A DNA stretch of 64,000 nucleotides from Leucoraja erinacea. Its lineage: Eukaryota. The stretch spans positions 20,026,001-20,090,000 of the forward strand of contig NC_073401.1 in assembly GCF_028641065.1 (NCBI RefSeq). The letters are read 5' to 3'. The first letter of the stretch is position 1. Each line of letters begins with the position of its first letter. Both the position numbers and the translations under genes were made by a program. Positions 59,791 through 64,000 of this stretch are shown piece after piece. A model generated the notes under the pieces. It ran no database searches, was not told the origin of the DNA, and worked only from the letters and a program-made list of their open reading frames with translations.

Positions 59791-60452
59791 TAATGCCCGT
59801 CCCACTTAGGAAACCTCTGGAGACTTTGCGCCCCACCCAAGGTTTCCGTGCGGTTCCCGGAGGTTTTTGTCCGTCTCCCTAATGGTCGAAAGTGGTTTCC
59901 GCTTCTTCTATCTTCCGGCGATTATTTCAAAAAATTCAAAACCGGCCGCGACTAAAAATATGTTCAAGAAGGAACTGCAGATGCTGGAAGATCGAAGGTA
60001 CACAAAATTGCCGGAGAAACTCAGCGGGTGCAGCAGCATCTATGTAGCGAAGAAAATAGGCAACGTTTCGGGCCGAAACCCTTCTTCAGACTGATGGGGG
60101 GTGGGGGGGGAGAAGACCTCCTCCTCCCTTTTTCCTTTCTTCTCCCCCCCCCCCCCCACCCCCCACCCGTCTGAAGAAGGGTTACGGCCCGAAACGTCGC
60201 CTATTTTCTTCGCTCCATAGATGTTGCTGCACCCTCTGAGTTTCTCCAGCAATTTTGTGTACCTCCGTGACTAAAAATAGGTTGCCGTTTTAAAAATCGG
60301 TAATTTTTTAGTCAAAGCCGGTTGCGATGCTAGTTGAAGGTGGTTGCCAGAGGTTGCGGGTGGTGGAAGGTAAGATCTTCCACTACCCGCAACCTCTGGC
60401 AACCACCTGCAACCTCCGGCAACCGCCTTCAACAAGCATCGCAACCGGCTTC
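59791..60452. mobile_element. Harbinger-like palindromic MITE (one end lost) containing an inverted Penelope-type insert (59961-60265)
   Basis: Start TAA|TGCCCGTCCCACTTAGG; internal palindrome ggttgccagaggttgcggg...cccgcaacctctggcaacc. Confidence 0.55.
60059..60201. ncRNA. Two opposed candidate minimal hammerhead cores (60059-60092 minus; 60169-60201 plus)
   Basis: CUGAAGA-A-GGGU(UUCG)GCCC-GAAAC-GUU and CUGAAGA-A-GGGU(UACG)GCCC-GAAAC-GUC. Confidence 0.5.
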
Positions 60453-60576
60453 AACAGGGGTATTAACGCAGCAACTCTACCACTGCGCCACAGTGCTGAC
60501 AGTGGGATCAGTCCATGGAAGTGCTAGCACATGTGAAGGGCCGAACGGTCTCCCGGGGTGGGGTCCCATTACCCAC

Positions 60577-60753
60577 CTGCATCAGCTCAACAATGGCAAC
60601 CAGATCCGCCAGGGAGATGTCTGCTCCGGCCACGTAGGGTTTGTCCTGCAGGAACTTCTGCTCAAACTTCTTCACGCTTTGGGTCAGCTCATCCACAGCT
60701 TCCTTCGTCCCGGGCGCCTGCCCCGGGCTCCCACTGATGAATGGCACCATCCC
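60577..60753 (-). CDS. GSTT copy D exon 4, 177 nt
   Basis: GMVPFISGSPGQAPGTKEAVDELTQSVKKFEQKFLQDKPYVAGADISLADLVAIVELMQ; cgcAG acceptor and GTGGGT donor. Confidence 0.93.
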
Positions 60754-62039
60754 CTGCGGGCACAACGTTAGGACACACCTCACTGGCACTGCCAAAGGGA
60801 CGAGCACCCGGCCTGGGGCGGTGGAGAGATGTGCGGAGAATGCGGGCACGGTGTTTGTACAGACCCTGCTGGCACTGCCAGAGGCTCCTGGTGTGGGCTG
60901 GCGAGAGGTGTGTGCAGACCCTACATGTACGACGTTAGTGTGGCTGGCACAACCGTAGAGACCTGGACCTGGTGTGGGCCGGTTGAGGTGTACGGAGATA
61001 CGACACCACAGGGCTGCAGCAGGCACTCACAACCCTCTGGCAACAATGAATGAATGAATGAATTGGCCAAGTAGGTACACATACAAGGAATTTGCCTTGG
61101 TGCTCCGCTTGCATGTAACAACACGACATACAGTAACAATGAAGAATGACACATAAAACATTAAACATTAACAATAAAACATTATAGTGTAAACATGTGA
61201 ATGAAATAAAATACCAGAGCAAAAGGAGGCTACAGACTATTGGTTATTGAGGAGAGCTACTGCTCGTGGAAAAAAGTTATTTTTATATCTGGCTGTGACG
61301 GCTTTGACAGTCCGGAGTCGCCTTCCAGAGTGAAGTGATTCAAAGAGTTTGTGGCCAGGGTGAGCGGAGTCAGAGGTGATCTTACCCGCCCGCTTCCTGG
61401 CCCTTGCAGTGTACAGTGTTCGTCAATGGGAGGGGAAGGTTGCAGCCAACAACCTTCAGCCCATTCCCCCCCCCCCATCAACTAGTTAATGGAGAGCAGT
61501 GAGGCGTCGAGGCCAGTAGGACTGGGACTGGGATGTCACAGCAGGAGCTGGGCTGGTGCCTGGGGATGGGCCACAATGTCTGAGCTTCTCACTGAAGCCA
61601 TTGATCACCCCGCACCAAGGCAGAACAACCCACAGCAGCGGGCACTGATCCCAGGTGTAAACCTCTCGGGCAAAGGCACAGAGGACTCGGCTCAGTGCTG
61701 GCAACAGCAAAGCAGAGTTACCTGTAAATCAGGAGGAGGTGCGTGAGAGGGACACAGTTGTTTGTTGAGGGGCATTCACTGTGTGCCCGAGGCAGGAAGT
61801 GTGGTCTCCTCCACACACACAGAGTGAGAGCCTGGCTTGGCCTGGAGCCGGCAATCACCACACACAGGGGTGTGGGCAGAGGCTGTTAACAGGTCTGGAG
61901 AGATTAAATTATAAGGAGAGGCGGGACTTTGACTCTCCCTGGAGCTTTGGAGGGTGAAGTATAGAAAATCACTAGAGGCAAAGGTACAGTGAATGCCACA
62001 GTCTTTTCCTCAGGGTAAGGGAATCTAAATTCATAAGTA

Positions 62040-62760
62040 TAGGGGTAGAATTAGGCCATTTGGCTCATCAGGTCTACTCTGCCATTCAAACATGGTTGAT
62101 CTACCTTTCCCGCTCAACCCTATTCTCCTCCCCATAACCCTGACACATACTAATCAAGAATCTATCAATCACCACCTCATAAATACCCATTGACTTGGCC
62201 TCCACAGCCGTCCGTTGCAATGAACTCTACAGATTCACCACCCTCTCTCTCTGACTGAAATTCCTCTTTGTCCCCTTTCTAAAGGTACGTCCTTTAATCC
62301 TGAGACTCTGGCCTCTGGTCCTAGACTCTCCCACTGGCGAAAACATCCTCTCCACATCCACTTTATCTAGGCCTTTCAATATCCGGTAAGTTTCAAGGAG
62401 GTCCCACATCATCCTTCTAAACTCCAGCGACTACAGGCCCATCAAACGCTCCTCAAATGTTAACCCAACCAATCCCTGGATCAATCTCGTAAACCTCCTC
62501 TGGACCCTCTCCAATGCAGGCACATCCTTCCTCAGATATGGGACCCAACAGTGCTCACAATACTCCAAATGCTGTCTGACCAGTGCCTTATAAAGCCTCA
62601 GCATTACATCCCTGTTTTTATATTTTAGTCCTCTCAAAATATATTTGCCTTCCTTGCTACTGATTCAACTTGCAAATTTACTTTTTGGGAATCCTACACC
62701 AGCACTCCCAAGTTACTTTGCGCCCCAAATTTATGAATTATCTCCCCATTTAGAATTTAG
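62040..62760 (-). mobile_element. CR1 fragment in GSTT-D intron 3; further CR1 3' ends at 58270-58590 and 63585-63800
   Basis: LRLYKALVRQHLEYCEHCWVPYLRKD...TRGQSLRIKG. Confidence 0.8.
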
Positions 62761-63827
62761 AATTGTAACAGGTCATTGGTTTAAAGTGGGAGGGGAAGAT
62801 TTAAAAGGGACTGGAGGGGCATCTATTTCACACAGATGATGATAGTGTAAGGAACGGTCGGCCAGATGAAGTGGTTGGAGCAGGTGCCAAAACAAATTTA
62901 AGACACTTGGCCAGGTACATGGATAGGAAAGGTTTGGAGGTATATTGACCAGGCTCTGGCACAAGGGATTAGCTTGGTTAGTTATGTGCAGGAAGGGAGT
63001 GCAGATACTGGTTTACACAGAAGATAGACGCAAAATGCTGGAGTAATTCAGCGGGGCAGGCAGCATCTCGGGATAGAAAGAGTGGGTGATTTCGTTCAAG
63101 ACTCTTCTTCAGATTGTCTGACGAAGGGTCTCGACCCGAAAGGCCACCTGTTCTTTCTCTCCAGACATGCTGCCTGTTCCGCTGAATTACTCCAGCATTT
63201 TGCGTCTAGCTGGGTTAGGTAATTTGGTTGGCATGGTGGAGTTGGGCAGAAGGGTGGAATTTTGTGCGGTATAGGTCTGTGACTCTACAGTGAGCGCCGG
63301 GGGAAGGTTGTGGGTTGAAGTCCGGGGAATAACCAGGGGTTGGAGCCGTGCTTTCCCTGGTCAGTGCAGCACCGGGCTGAACCATACAAGCATTCCTCCC
63401 AAAAGCTGCAGAAAGTGGGGTCCACCTTCAACGGGAAGGAAGGGGATGGGTGTGGGTCAGGGGTTGACCTGTGGGGGCAGCTGGCCAAGTAGTGGGTGTA
63501 GGCTAGGGTGAGGGGGGTGGGAGAGGACTCTGTGAACACTTGCACAATGCCGGTGGCATGGTGGAGAGGAAGTCTCCCCAATTCTGGCTTAAGGAATTCT
63601 CTGCCACAGAAGGCAGTGGAGGCCAATTCACTGGATATTTTCAAGAGAGAGTCAGATTTAGCTCTTGGGGCTAACGGAATCAAGTGATATGGGGAAAAAG
63701 CAGGAATGGGGTACTGATTTTGGAGGATCAGTCATGATCATATTGAATGGCGGTGCTAGCTCGAAGGGCTGAATGGCCTACTCCTACACCTATTTTCTAT
63801 GCTTCGATGTTGTTGGGCATTTCTCAC

Positions 63828-63978
63828 CTTGAGCAGGAAGACCCGTGAGGCCTGGGGCCGTAAGCCGCTGTGCTGCCAGTCGAGGTACTCATTCACCAGC
63901 GCTCGTTGCTGCAGGTCTCCCGGGTACCAGTGGTCAGGCGTCTGGTATTTGCTGGCCAGGTACTTCAGGATGGACACA
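63828..63978 (-). CDS. GSTT copy D exon 3, 151 nt (exons 1-2 lie right of the window)
   Basis: VSILKYLASKYQTPDHWYPGDLQQRALVNEYLDWQHSGLRPQASRVFLLK; ctgcAG acceptor and GTGAGA donor. Confidence 0.93.
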
Positions 63979-64000
63979 CTGCAGGGGAGAGTGGAAGGTT

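Overview
Vertebrate nuclear DNA, most likely from a cartilaginous fish such as a skate or ray (inferred from HE1/HER1-like SINE/CR1 tails, V-SINEs and abundant Penelope-type repeats). The ORF track is mostly noise because the genes are spliced, so I rebuilt exons by hand. Left to right: KLHL22 on the minus strand (four coding exons plus a probable non-coding exon 1 in a CpG island at ~20.2 kb; its 3' exons lie outside the window); a complete 3-exon D-dopachrome tautomerase gene (DDT/MIF-2, minus, 118 aa, GC-AG first intron); and a theta-class glutathione S-transferase cluster. The cluster holds an orphan exon-3 fragment (copy A), two intact tandem 5-exon genes on plus (B, 243 aa; C, 254 aa with an extended C-terminus), and exons 3-5 of a divergent convergent copy D on minus. 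Introns and intergenic DNA carry Tc1, Harbinger-like, Helitron-like, L1, CR1, Rex, Penelope, SINE and solo-LTR-like remnants. Most notable: (1) a 22-38 bp palindromic micro-transposon (CAAAG...CTTTG, 8-bp TSD) seen seven times, always next to the DDT or GSTT start codons, with reciprocal empty sites in the paralogous promoters; (2) minimal hammerhead-ribozyme cores with covarying stem II in Penelope-derived repeats; (3) amino-acid changes between GSTT B and C concentrated in the substrate-site region; (4) an unclassified TATA-TSD DNA element.
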